The notes under the pieces are model-generated. The model was given only the letters and a program-made list of their open reading frames with translations, ran no database searches and was not told the DNA's origin. From Eledone cirrhosa (lineage: Eukaryota), in assembly GCA_964016885.1 (NCBI GenBank), contig OZ024740.1, positions 50,096,001 through 50,160,000 of the forward strand: a DNA stretch of 64,000 nucleotides, read 5' to 3'. Positions 42,501 to 57,300 of this stretch are shown piece after piece (the stretch's first letter is position 1; each line of letters begins with the position of its first letter). The position numbers and the translations under genes are program-made.

Positions 42501-45399
42501 TCTTTAGATAAGGAACAAGACATGGTCTGTAGGTAAGGAATAACAGACATGGTCTGTAGGTAAGGAACAACAGACATGGTCTGTAGATAAGGAACAACAG
42601 ACATGGTCTGTAGATAAGGAACAACAGACATGGTCTATAGATAAGGAACAAGAGACATGGTCTATAGATAAGGAATAACAGACATGGTCTGTAGGTAAGG
42701 AACAACAGACATGGTCTGTAGATAAGGAACAACAAACATGGTCTATCGATAAGGAACACAAGACATACTCTGTAGATAAGGAACAACAGACATGGTCTGT
42801 ACATAAGGAATAACAGACATGGTCTATAGATAAGGAACAAGACATGGTCTGTAGATAAGGAACAACAGACATGGTCTGTAGGTAAGGAACAACAGATATG
42901 GTCTGTAGGTAAGGAACAACAGACATGGTCTGTAGGTAAGGAACAACAGACATGGTCTATAGATAAGGCACAACAGACATCGTCTGTAGATAAGGAACAA
43001 CAAACATGGTCTGTAGATAAGGAACATCAGACATGGTCTATAGATAAGGAACAACAGACATGGTCTGTAGATAAGGAACAACAGACATGGTCTATAGATA
43101 AGGAACAAGACATGGTCTATAGATAAGAAACAACAGACATGGTCTATAGATAAGGAATAACAGACATGGTCTGTAGATAAGGAACAACATACATGGTCTA
43201 TAGATAAAGAACAACAGCCGCGGTCTGTAGATAAGGAACAACAGACATGGTCTGTAGGTAAGGAACAACAGACATGATCTGTAGATAAGGAACAACAGAC
43301 ATGGTCTGTAGATAATGTAAAACAGACATGGTCTGTAGATAAGGAACAAAAGACATGGTCTGTAGATAAGGAACAACAGACATGGTCTGTAGATAAGGTA
43401 CAACAGACATGGTCTGTAGATAAGGAACAAGACATGGTCTGTAGGTAAGGAATAACAGACATGGTCTGTACGTAAGGAACAACAGACATGGTCTGTAGAT
43501 AAGGAACAACAGACATGGTCTGTAGATAAGGAACAACAGACATGGTCTATAGATAAGGAACAACAGACATGGTCTGTAGGTAAGGAACAACAGACATGGT
43601 CTGTAGGTAAGGAACAACAGACATGGTCTATAGATAAGGCACAACAGACATCGTCTATAGATAAGGAACAACAGACATGGTCTGTAGATATGGAATAATA
43701 GACATGGTCTATAGATAAGGAACAACAAACATGGTCTATAGATAAGGAATAACAGACATGGTCTATAGATAAGGAACAACAGACATGGTCTGTAGATAAG
43801 GAACAACAGATATGGTCTGTAGGTAAGGAACAACAGACATGGTCTGTAGGTAAGGAACAACAGACATGGTCTATAGATAAGGCACAACAGACATCGTCTA
43901 TAGATAAGGAACAACAGACATGGTCTATAGATAAGGAACAAGACATGGTCTATAGATAAGGAACAACAGACATGGTCTATAGATAAGGAACAACAGACAT
44001 GGTCTGTAGGTAAGGAACAACAGACATGGTCTGTAGATAAGGAACAACAAACATGATCTATAGATAAGGAATAACAGACATGGTCTGTAGATAAGGAACA
44101 ACATACATGGTCTATAGATAAAGAACAACAGCCGCGGTCTGTAGATAAGGAACAACAGACATGGTCTGTAGGTAAGGAACAACAGACATGATCTGTAGAT
44201 AAGGAACAACAGACATGGTCTGTAGATAATGTAAAACAGACATGGTCTGTAGATAAGGAACAAAAGACATGGTCTGTAGATAAGGAACAACAGACATGGT
44301 CTGTAGATAAGGTACAACAGACATGGTCTGTAGATAAGGAACAAGACATGGTCTGTAGGTAAGGAATAACAGACATGGTCTGTACGTAAGGAACAACAGA
44401 CATGGTCTGTAGATAAGGAACAACAGACATGGTCTGTAGATAAGGAACAACAGACATGGTCTATAGATAAGGAACAACAGACATGGTCTATAGATAAAGA
44501 ATAACAGACATGGTCTGTAGGTAAGGAACAACAGACATGGTCTGTAGATAAGGAACAACAAACATGGTCTATAGATAAGGAACAACAGACATGGTCTGTA
44601 GATATGGAATAATAGACATGGTCTATAGATAAGGAACAACAAACATGGTCTATAGATAAGGAATAACAGACATGGTCTATAGATAAGGAACAACAGACAT
44701 GGTCTGTAGATAAGGAACAACAGACATGGTCTGTAGATAAGGAAAAACAGACATGGTCTGTAGGTAAGGAACAACAGACATGGTCTATAGATAAGGAACA
44801 AACATGGTCTGTAGATAAGGAACAACATACATGGTCTATAGATAAGGAACAACAGCCGCAGTCTGTAGATAAGGAACAACAGACATGGTCTGTAGGTAAG
44901 GAACAACAGACATGGTCTGTAGATAATGTAAAACAGACATGGTCTGTAGATAAGGAACAAAAGACATGGTCTGTAGATAAGGAACAAACATGGTCTATAC
45001 ATAAGGAACAGACATGGTCTATAGATAAGGAACAACAGACATGGTCTGTAGATAAGAAACAACAGACAAAATCTATTGATCAGGAACAGACATGGTTTAT
45101 AGATAAGAAACAACAGACATGGTCTGTAGTTAAGGAACAACACACAGTCTGTAGATAAGGAATAACAGACATTGTCTATAGATAAGGAACAACAGACATG
45201 GTCTGTAGATAAGGAACAAGAGACATTGTCTATAGATAAGGAACAAGACATGGTCTGTAGATAAGGAACAACAGACATGGTCTGTAGGTAAGGAACAACA
45301 GACATGGTCTGTAGATAAGGAACAAAAGACATGGTCTGTAGATAACGAACAAGACATGGTCTGTAGATAAGGAACAACAGACATGGTCTATAGATAAGG

Positions 45400-48300
45400 A
45401 ATAACAGACATGGTCTGTAGGTAAGGAACAACAGACATGGTCTATAGATAAGGAACAAGACATGGTCTGTAGATAAGGAACAACAGACATGGTCTGTAGG
45501 TAAGGAACAACAGACATGGTCTATAGATAAGGAACAAGACATGGTCTATAGATAAGGAATAACAGACATGGTCTATAGATAAGGAACAACAGACATGGTC
45601 TATAGATAAGGAACAAGACAAGGTCTGTAGATAAGGAACAACAGACATGGTCTGTAGATAAGGAACAACAGACATGGTCTGTAGGTAAGTAACAACAGAC
45701 ATGGTCTATCGATAAGGAACACAAGACATACTCTGTAGATAAGGAACAACAGACATGGTCTGTACATAAGGAATAACAGACATGGTCTATAGATAAGGAA
45801 CAAGACATGGTCTGTAGATAAGGAACAACAGACATGGTCTGTAGGTAAGGAACAACAGATATGGTCTGTAGGTAAGGAACAACAGACATGGTCTGTAGGT
45901 AAGGAACAACAGACATGGTCTATAGATAAGGCACAACAGACATCGTCTGTAGATAAGGAACAACAAACATGGTCTGTAGATAAGGAACATCAGACATGGT
46001 CTATAGATAAGGAACAACAGACATGGTCTGTAGATAAGGAACAACAGACATGGTCTATAGATAAGGAACAAGACATGGTCTATAGATAAGGAACAACAGA
46101 CATGGTCTATAGATAAGGAATAACAGACATGGTCTGTAGATAAGGAACAACAGACATGGTCTGTAGGTAAGGAACAACAGACATGGTCTGTAGATAAGGA
46201 ACAACAAACATGATCTATAGATAAGGAATAACAGACATGGTCTGTAGATAAGGAACAACATACATGGTCTATAGATAAAGAACAACAGCCGCGGTCTGTA
46301 GATAAGGAACAACAGACATGGTCTGTAGGTAAGGAACAACAGACATGATCTGTAGATAAGGAACAACAGACATGGTCTGTAGATAATGTAAAACAGACAT
46401 GGTCTGTAGATAAGGAACAAAAGACATGGTCTGTAGATAAGGAACAACAGACATGGTCTGTAGATAAGGTACAACAGACATGGTCTGTAGATAAGGAACA
46501 AGACATGGTCTGTAGGTAAGGAATAACAGACATGGTCTGTACGTAAGGAACAACAGACATGGTCTGTAGATAAGGAACAACAGACATGGTCTGTAGATAA
46601 GGAACAACAGACATGGTCTATAGATAAGGAACAACAGACATGGTCTATAGATAAAGAATAACAGACATGGTCTGTAGGTAAGGAACAACAGACATGGTCT
46701 GTAGATAAGGAACAACAAACATGGTCTATAGATAAGGAACAACAGACATGGTCTGTAGATATGGAATAATAGACATGGTCTATAGATAAGGAACAACAAA
46801 CATGGTCTATAGATAAGGAATAACAGACATGGTCTATAGATAAGGAACAACAGACATGGTCTGTAGATAAGGAACAACAGACATGGTCTGTAGATAAGGA
46901 AAAACAGACATGGTCTGTAGGTAAGGAACAACAGACATGGTCTATAGATAAGGAACAAACATGGTCTGTAGATAAGGAACAACATACATGGTCTATAGAT
47001 AAGGAATAACAGCCGCAGTCTGTAGATAAGGAACAACAGACATGGTCTGTAGGTAAGGAACAACAGACATGGTCTGTAGATAAGGAACAACAGACATGGT
47101 CTGTAGATAATGTAAAACAGACATGGTCTGTAGATAAGGAACAAAAGACATGGTCTGTAGATAAGGAACAAGACATGGTCTGTAGGTAAGGAATAACAGA
47201 CATGGTCTGTAGGTAAGGAACAACAGACATGGTCTGTAGATAAGGAACAACAGACATGGTCTGTAGATAAGGAACAACAGACATGGTCTATAGATAAGGA
47301 ACAACAGACATGGTCTATAGATAAGGAATAACAGACATGGTCTGTAGGTAAGGAACAACAGACATGGTCTGTAGATAAGGAACAACAAACATGGTCTATA
47401 GATAAGGAATAACAGACATGGTCTGTAGATAAGGAACAACAGACATGGTCTATAGATAAGGAACAACAGACATGGTCTATAGATAAGGAATAACAGACAT
47501 GGTCTGTAGGTAAGGAACAACAGACATGGTCTGTAGATAAGGAACAACAAACATGGTCTATAGATAAGGAACAAGACATGGTCTGTAGATAAGGAACAAC
47601 AGACATGGTCTATAGATAAGGAACAACAGACATGGTCTGTAGATATGGAATAACAGACATGGTCTATAGATAAGGAACAACAAACATGGTCTATAGATAA
47701 GGAATAACAGACATGGTCTATAGATAAGGAACAACAGACATGGTCTATAGATAAGGAACAACAGACATGGTCTGTAGATAAGGAAAAACAGACATGGTCT
47801 GTAGGTAAGGAACAACAGACATGGTCTATAGATAAGGAACAAACATGGTCTGTAGATAAGGAACAACATACATGGTCTATAGATAAGGAACAACAGCCGC
47901 GGTCTGTAGATAAGGAACAACAGACATGGTCTGTAGGTAAGGAACAACAGACATGGTCTGTAGATAAGGAACACCAGACATGGTCTGTAGATAATGTAAA
48001 ACAGACATGGTCTGTAGATAAGGAACAAAAGACATGGTCTGTAGATAAGGAACAAGACATGGTCTGTAGGTAAGGAATAACAGACATGGTCTGTAGGTAA
48101 GGAACAACAGACATGGTCTGTAGATAAGGAACAACAGACATGGTCTGTAGATAAGGAACAACAGACATGGTCTGTAGATAAGGAACAACAGACATGGTCT
48201 ATAGATAAGGAACAACAGACATGGTCTATAGATAAGGAATAACAGACATGGTCTGTAGGTAAGGAACAACAGACATGGTCTGTAGATAAGGAACAACAAA

Positions 48301-51300
48301 CATGGTCTATAGATAAGGAATAACAGACATGGTCTGTAGATAAGGAACAACAGACATGGTCTGTAGATTAGGAACAACAGACATGGTCTATAGATAAGGA
48401 ACAACGGACATGGTCTTTAGATACGGAACAACAGACATGGTCTATAGATAAGGAGCAACAGACATGGTCTGTAGATAAGGAACAAGACATGGTCTGTAGA
48501 TAAGGAACAACAGACATGGTCTGTAGATAAGGAACAATAGACAGTCTGTAGATAAGGAACAACAGACGCGGTCTGTAGATAAGCAACACAAGACATGGTC
48601 TATAGATAAGGAACACAAGACATAGTCTGTAGATAAGGAACAATAGACATAGTCTGTAGATAAGGAAAAACAGACATGGTCTGTAGATAAGGAACAACAG
48701 ATATGGTCTGTAGATAAGGAACAACAAATATGGTCTGTAGATAAGGAATAACAGACATTGTCTATAGATAAGGAACAACAGACATGGTCTGTAGATAAGG
48801 AACAAGAGACATGGTCTATAGATAAGGAACAAGACATGGTCTATAGATAAGGAACAACAGACATGGTCTGTAGGTAAGGAACAACAGACATGGTCTGTAG
48901 ATAAGGAACAAAAGACATGGTCTGTAGATAAGGAACAAGACATGGTCTGTAGATAAGGAACAACAGACATGGTCTATAGATAAGGAATAACAGACATGGT
49001 CTGTAGGTAAGGAACAACAGACATGGTCTATAGATAAGGAACAAGACATGGTCTGTAGATAAGGAACAACAGTCATGGTCTGTAGGTAAGGAACAACAGA
49101 CATGGTCTATAGATAAGGAACAAGACATGGTCTATAGATAAGGAATAACAGACATGGTCTATAGATAAGGAACAACAGACATGGTCTATAGATAAGGAAC
49201 AAGACAAGGTCTGTAGATAAGGAACAACAGACATGGTCTGTAGATAAGGAACAACAGACATGGTCTGTAGGTAAGTAACAACAGACATGGTCTATCGATA
49301 AGGAACACAAGACATACTCTGTAGATAAGGAACAACAGACATGGTCTGTACATAAGGAATAACAGACATGGTCTATAGATAAGGAACAAGACATGGTCTG
49401 TAGATAAGGAACAACAGACATGGTCTGTAGGTAAGGAACAACAGATATGGTCTGTAGGTAAGGAACAACAGACATGGTCTGTAGGTAAGGAACAACAGAC
49501 ATGGTCTATAGATAAGGCACAACAGACATCGTCTGTAGATAAGGAACAACAAACATGGTCTGTAGATAAGGAACATCAGACATGGTCTATAGATAAGGAA
49601 CAACAGACATGGTCTGTAGATAAGGAACAACAGACATGGTCTGTAGGTAAGGAACAACAGACATGGTCTATAGATAAGGAACAAGACATGGTCTATAGAT
49701 AAGGAACAACAGACATGGTCTATAGATAAGGAATAACAGACATGGTCTGTAGATAAGGAACAACAGACATGGTCTGTAGGTAAGGAACAACAGACATGGT
49801 CTGTAGATAAGGAACAACAAACATGGTCTATAGATAAGGAATAACAGACATGGTCTGTAGATAAGGAACAACATACATGGTCTATAGATAAAGAACAACA
49901 GCCGCGGTCTGTAGATAAGGAACAACAGACATGGTCTGTAGGTAAGGAACAACAGACATGGTCTGTAGATAAGGAACAACAGACATGGTCTGTAGATAAT
50001 GTAAAACAGACATGGTCTGTACATAAGGAACAAAAGACATGGTCTGTAGATAAGGAACAACAGACATGGTCTGTAGATAAGGTACAACAGACATGGTCTG
50101 TAGATAAGGAACAAAAGACATGGTCTGTAGATAAGGATCAACAGACATCGTCTATAGATAAGGAATAACAGACATCGTCTGTAGGTAATGAACAACAGAC
50201 ATGGTCTGTAGATAAGGAACAACAAACATGGTCTATAGATAAGGAATAACAGACATGGTCTGTAGATAAGGAACAACAGACATGGTCTGTAGATAAGGAA
50301 CGACAAACATGGTCAATAGATAAGGAACAACAGACTTGGTCTGTAGATAAGGAATAACAGACATGGTCTATATATAAGGAACAACAGACATGGTCTGTAG
50401 ATAAGGAACAACAAACATGGTCTATAGATAAGGAATAACAGACATGGTCTGTAGATAAGGAACAACAGACATGGTCTGTAGATAAGGAACAACAGACATG
50501 GTCTATAGATAAGGAACAACAGACATGGTCTTTAGATACGGAACCACAGACATGGTCTATAGATAAGGAGCAACAGACATGGTCTGTAGATAAGGAACAA
50601 GACATGGTCTGTAGATAAGGAACAACAGACATGGTCTGTAGATAAGGAACAATAGACAGTCTGTAGATAAGGAACAACAGACGCGGTCTGTAGATAAGCA
50701 ACACAAGACATGGTCTATAGATAAGGAACACAAGACATAGTCTGTAGATAAGGAACAATAGATATAGTCTGTAGATAAGGAACAACAGACATGGTCTGTA
50801 GATAAGGAACAACAAATATGGTCTGTAGATAAGGAACAACAAATATGGTCTGTAGATAAGGAACAAACATGGTCTATACATAAGGAACAGACATGGTCTA
50901 TAGATAAGGAACAACAGACATGGTCTGTAGATAAGAAACAACAGACAAAGTCTATTGATCAGGAACAGACATGGTTTATAGATAAGAAACAACAGACATG
51001 GTCTGTAGATAAGGAACAACACACAGTCTGTAGATAAGGAATAACAGACATTGTCTATAGATAAGTAACAACAGACATGGTCTGTAGATAAGGAACAAAA
51101 GACATGGTCTATAGATAAGGAACAAGACATGGTCTGTAGATAAGGAACAACAGACATGGTCTGTAGGTAAGGAACAACAGACATGGTCTGTAGATAAGGA
51201 ACAAAAGACATGGTCTGTAGATAAGGAACAAGACATGGTCTGTAGATAAGGAACAACAGACATGGTCTATAGATAAGGAATAACAGACATGGTCTGTAGG

Positions 51301-54300
51301 TAAGGAACAACAGACATGGTCTATAGATAAGGAACAAGACATGGTCTGTAGATAAGGAACAACAGGCATGGTCTGTAGGTAAGGAACAACAGACATGGTC
51401 TATAGATAAGGAACAAGACATGGTCTATAGATAAGAAATAACAGACATGGTCTATAGATAAGGAACAACAGACATGGTCTATAGATAAGGAACAAGACAA
51501 GGTCTGTAGATAAGGAACAACAGACATGGTCTGCAGATAAGGAACAACAGACATGGTCTGTAGGTAAGTAACAACAGACATGGTCTATCGATAAGGAAGA
51601 CAAGACATACTCTGTAGATAAGGAACAACAGACATGGTCTGTAGATAAGGAATAACAGACATGGTCTATAGATAAGGAACAAGACATGGTCTGTAGATAA
51701 GGAACAACAGACATGGTCTGTAGGTAAAGAACAACAGATATGGTCTGTAGGTAAGGAACAACAGACATGGTCTGTAGGTAAGGAACAACAGACATGGTCT
51801 ATAGATAAGGCACAACAGACATCGTCAGTAGATAAGGAACAACAAACATGGTCTGTAGATAAGGAACATCAGACATGGTCTATAGATAAGGAACAACAGA
51901 CATGGTCTGTAGATAAGGAACAACAGACATGGTCTGTAGGTAAGGAACGACAGACATGGTCTATAGATAAGGAACAAGACATGGTCTATAGATAAGGAAC
52001 AACAGACATGGTCTATAGATAAGGAATAACAGACATGGTCTGTAGATAAGGAACAACAGACATGGTATGTAGGTAAGGAACAACAGACATGGTCTATAGA
52101 TAAAGCACAACAGATATGGTCTGTAGGTAAGGAACAACAGACATGGTCTGTAGATAAGGAACAACAAACATGGTCTATAGATAAGGAATAACAGACATGG
52201 TCTGTAGATAAGGAACAACAGACATGGTCTGTAGATAAGGAACGACAAACATGGTCAATAGATAAGGAACAACAGACTTGGTCTGTAGATAAGGAATAAC
52301 AGACATCGTCTATATATAAGGAACAACAGACATGGTCTGTAGATAAGGAACAACAAACATGGTCTATAGATAAGGAATAACAGACATGGTCCGTAGATAA
52401 GGAACAACAGACATGGTCTGTAGATAAGGAACAACAGACATGGTCTATAGATAAGGAACAACAGACATGGTCTTTAGATACGGAACAACAGACATGGTCT
52501 ATAGATAAGGAGCAACAGACATGGTCTGTAGATAAGTAACAAGACATGGTCTGTAGATAAGGAACAACAGACATGGTCTGTAGATAAGGAACAATAGACA
52601 GTCTGTAGATAAGGAACAACAGACGCGGTCTATAGATAAGGAACACAAGACATAGTCTGTAGATAAGGAACAATAGACATAGTCTGTAGATAAGGAACAA
52701 AAGACATGGTCTGTAGATAAGGAACAACAAATATGGTCTGTAGATAAGGAACAACAAATATGGTCTGTAGATAAGGAACAAACATGGTCTATACATAAGG
52801 AACAGACATGGTCTATAGATAAGGAACAACAGAATGGTCTGAAGATAAGAAACAACAGACAAAGTCTATTGATCAGGAACAGACATGGTTTATAGATAAG
52901 AAACAACAGACATAGTCTGTAGATAAGGAACAACACACAGTCTGTAGATAAGGAATAACAGACATTGTCTATAGATAAGGAACAACAGACATGGTCTGTA
53001 GATAAGGAACAAAAGACATGGTCTATAGATAAGGAACAAGACATGGTCTGTAGATAAGGAACCACAGACATGGTCTGTAGGTAAGGAACAACAGACATGG
53101 TCTGTAGATAAGGAACAAAAGACATGGTCTGTAGATAAGGAACAAGACATGGTCTGTAGATAAGGAACAACAGACATGGTCTATAGATAAGGAATAACAG
53201 ACATGGTCTGTAGGTAAGGAACAACAGACATGGTCTATAGATAAGGAACAAGACATGGTCTGTAGATAAGGAACAACAGACATGGTCTGTAGGTAAGGAA
53301 CAACAGACATGGTCTATAGATAAGGAACAAGACATGGTCTATAGATAAGGAATAACAGACATGGTCTATAGATAAGGAACAACAGACATGGTCTATAGAT
53401 AAGGAACAAGACAAGGTCTGTAGATAAGGAACAACAGACATGGTCTGTAGATAAGGAACAACAGACATGGTCTGTAGGTAAGTAACAACAGACATGGTCT
53501 ATCGATAAGGAACACAAGACATACTCTGTAGATAAGGAACAACAGACATGGTCTGTACATAAGGAATAACAGACATGGTCTATAGATAAGGAACAAGACA
53601 TGGTCTGTAGATAAGGAACAACAGACATGGTCTGTAGGTAAGGAACAACAGATATGGTCTGTAGGTAAGGAACAACAGACATGGTCTGTAGGTAAGGAAC
53701 AACAGACATGGTCTATAGATAAGGCACAACAGACATCGTCTGTAGATAAGGAACAACAAACATGGTCTGTAGATAAGGAACATCAGACATGGTCTATAGA
53801 TAAGGAACAACAGACATGGTCTGTAGATAAGGAACAACAGACATGGTCTATAGATAAGGAACAAGACATGGTCTATAGATAAGGAACAACAGACATGGTC
53901 TATAGATAAGGAATAACAGACATGGTCTGTAGATAACGAACAACAGACATGGTCTGTAGGTAAGGAACAACAGACATGGTCTGTAGATAAGGAACAACAA
54001 ACATGATCTATAGATAAGGAATAACAGACATGGTCTGTAGATAAGGAACAACATACATGGTCTATAGATAAAGAACAACAGCCGCGGTCTGTAGATAAGG
54101 AACAACAGACATGGTCTGTAGGTAAGGAACAACAGACATGATCTGTAGATAAGGAACAACAGACATGGTCTGTAGATAATGTAAAACAGACATGGTCTGT
54201 AGATAAGGAACAAAAGACATGGTCTGTAGATAAGGAACAACAGACATGGTCTGTAGATAAGGTACAACAGACATGGTCTGTAGATAAGGAACAAGACATG

Positions 54301-57300
54301 GTCTGTAGGTAAGGAATAACAGACATGGTCTGTACGTAAGGAACAACAGACATGGTCTGTAGATAAGGAACAACAGACATGGTCTGTAGATAAGGAACAA
54401 CAGACATGGTCTATAGATAAGGAACAACAGACATGGTCTATAGATAAAGAATAACAGACATGGTCTGTAGGTAAGGAACAACAGACATGGTCTGTAGATA
54501 AGGAACAACAAACATGGTCTATAGATAAGGAACAACAGACATGGTCTGTAGATATGGAATAATAGACATGGTCTATAGATAAGGAACAACAAACATGGTC
54601 TATAGATAAGGAATAAGAGACATGGTCTATAGATAAGGAACAACAGACATGGTCTGTAGATAAGGAACAACAGACATGGTCTGTAGATAAGGAAAAACAG
54701 ACATGGTCTGTAGGTAAGGAACAACAGACATGGTCTATAGATAAGGAACAAACATGGTCTGTAGATAAGGAACAACATACATGGTCTATAGATAAGGAAC
54801 AACAGCCGCAGTCTGTAGATAAGGAACAACAGACATGGTCTGCAGGTAAGGAACAACAGACATGGTCTGTAGATAAGGAAAAACAGACATGGTCTGTAGA
54901 TAATGTAAAACAGACATGGTCTGTAGATAAGGAACAAAAGACATGGTCTGTAGATAAGGAACAAGACATGGTCTGTAGGTAAGGAATAACAGACATGGTC
55001 TGTAGGTAAGGAACAACAGACATGGTCTGTAGATAAGGAACAACAGACATGGTCTGTAGATAAGGAACAACAGACATGGTCTATAGATAAGGAACAACAG
55101 ACATGGTCTATAGATAAGGAATAACAGACATGGTCTGTAGGTAAGGAACAACAGACATGGTCTGTAGATAAGGAACAACAAACATGGTCTATAGATAAGG
55201 AATAACAGACATGGTCTGTAGATAAGGAACAACAGACATGGTCTATAGATAAGGAACAACAGACATGGTCTATAGATAAGGAATAACAGACATGGTCTGT
55301 AGGTAAGGAACAACAGACATGGTCTGTAGATAAGGAACAACAAACATGGTCTATAGATAAGGAACAAGACATGGTCTGTAGATAAGGAACAACAGACATG
55401 GTCTATAGATAAGGAACAACAGACATGGTCTGTAGATATGGAATAACAGACATGGTCTATAGATAAGGAACAACAAACATGGTCTATAGATAAGGAATAA
55501 CAGACATGGTCTATAGATAAGGAACAACAGACATGGTCTATAGATAAGGAACAACAGACATGGTCTGTAGATAAGGAAAAACAGACATGGTCTGTAGGTA
55601 AGGAACAACAGACATGGTCTATAGATAAGGAACAAACATGGTCTGTAGATAAGGAACAACATACATGGTCTATAGATAAGGAACAACAGCCGCGGTCTGT
55701 AGATAAGGAACAACAGACATGGTCTGTAGGTAAGGAACAACAGACATGGTCTGTAGATAAGGAACACCAGACATGGTCTGTAGATAATGTAAAACAGACA
55801 TGGTCTGTAGATAAGGAACAAAAGACATGGTCTGTAGATAAGGAACAAGACATGGTCTGTAGGTAAGGAATAACAGACATGGTCTGTAGGTAAGGAACAA
55901 CAGACATGGTCTGTAGATAAGGAACAACAGACATGGTCTGTAGATAAGGAACAACAGACATGGTCTGTAGATAAGGAACAACAGACATGGTCTATAGATA
56001 AGGAACAACAGACATGGTCTATAGATAAGGAATAACAGACATGGTCTGTAGGTAAGGAACAACAGACATGGTCTGTAGATAAGGAACAACAAACATGGTC
56101 TATAGATAAGGAATAACAGACATGGTCTGTAGATAAGGAACAACAGACATGGTCTGTAGATAAGGAACAACAGACATGGTCTATAGATAAGGAACAACGG
56201 ACATGGTCTTTAGATACGGAACAACAGACATGGTCTATAGATAAGGAGCAACAGACATGGTCTGTAGATAAGGAACAAGACATGGTCTGTAGATAAGGAA
56301 CAACAGACATGGTCTGTAGATAAGGAACAATAGACAGTCTGTAGATAAGGAACAACAGACGCGGTCTGTAGATAAGCAACACAAGACATGGTCTATAGAT
56401 AAGGAACACAAGACATAGTCTGTAGATAAGGAACAATAGACATAGTCTGTAGATAAGGAAAAACAGACATGGTCTGTAGATAAGGAACAACAGATATGGT
56501 CTGTAGATAAGGAACAACAAATATGGTCTGTAGATAAGGAATAACAGACATTGTCTATAGATAAGGAACAACAGACATGGTCTGTAGATAAGGAACAAGA
56601 GACATGGTCTATAGATAAGGAACAAGACATGGTCTATAGATAAGGAACAACAGACATGGTCTGTAGGTAAGGAACAACAGACATGGTCTGTAGATAAGGA
56701 ACAAAAGACATGGTCTGTAGATAAGGAACAAGACATGGTCTGTAGATAAGGAACAACAGACATGGTCTATAGATAAGGAATAACAGACATTGTCTGTAGG
56801 TAAGGAACAACAGACATGGTCTATAGATAAGGAACAAGACATGGTCTGTAGATAAGGAACAACAGTCATGGTCTGTAGGTAAGGAACAACAGACATGGTC
56901 TATAGATAAGGAACAAGACATGGTCTATAGATAAGGAATAACAGACATGGTCTATAGATAAGGAACAACAGACATGGTCTATAGATAAGGAACAAGACAA
57001 GGTCTGTAGATAAGGAACAACAGACATGGTCTGTAGATAAGGAACAACAGACATGGTCTGTAGGTAAGTAACAACAGACATGGTCTATCGATAAGGAACA
57101 CAAGACATACTCTGTAGATAAGGAACAACAGACATGGTCTGTACATAAGGAATAACAGACATGGTCTATAGATAAGGAACAAGACATGGTCTGTAGATAA
57201 GGAACAACAGACATGGTCTGTAGGTAAGGAACAACAGATATGGTCTGTAGGTAAGGAACAACAGACATGGTCTGTAGGTAAGGAACAACAGACATGGTCT

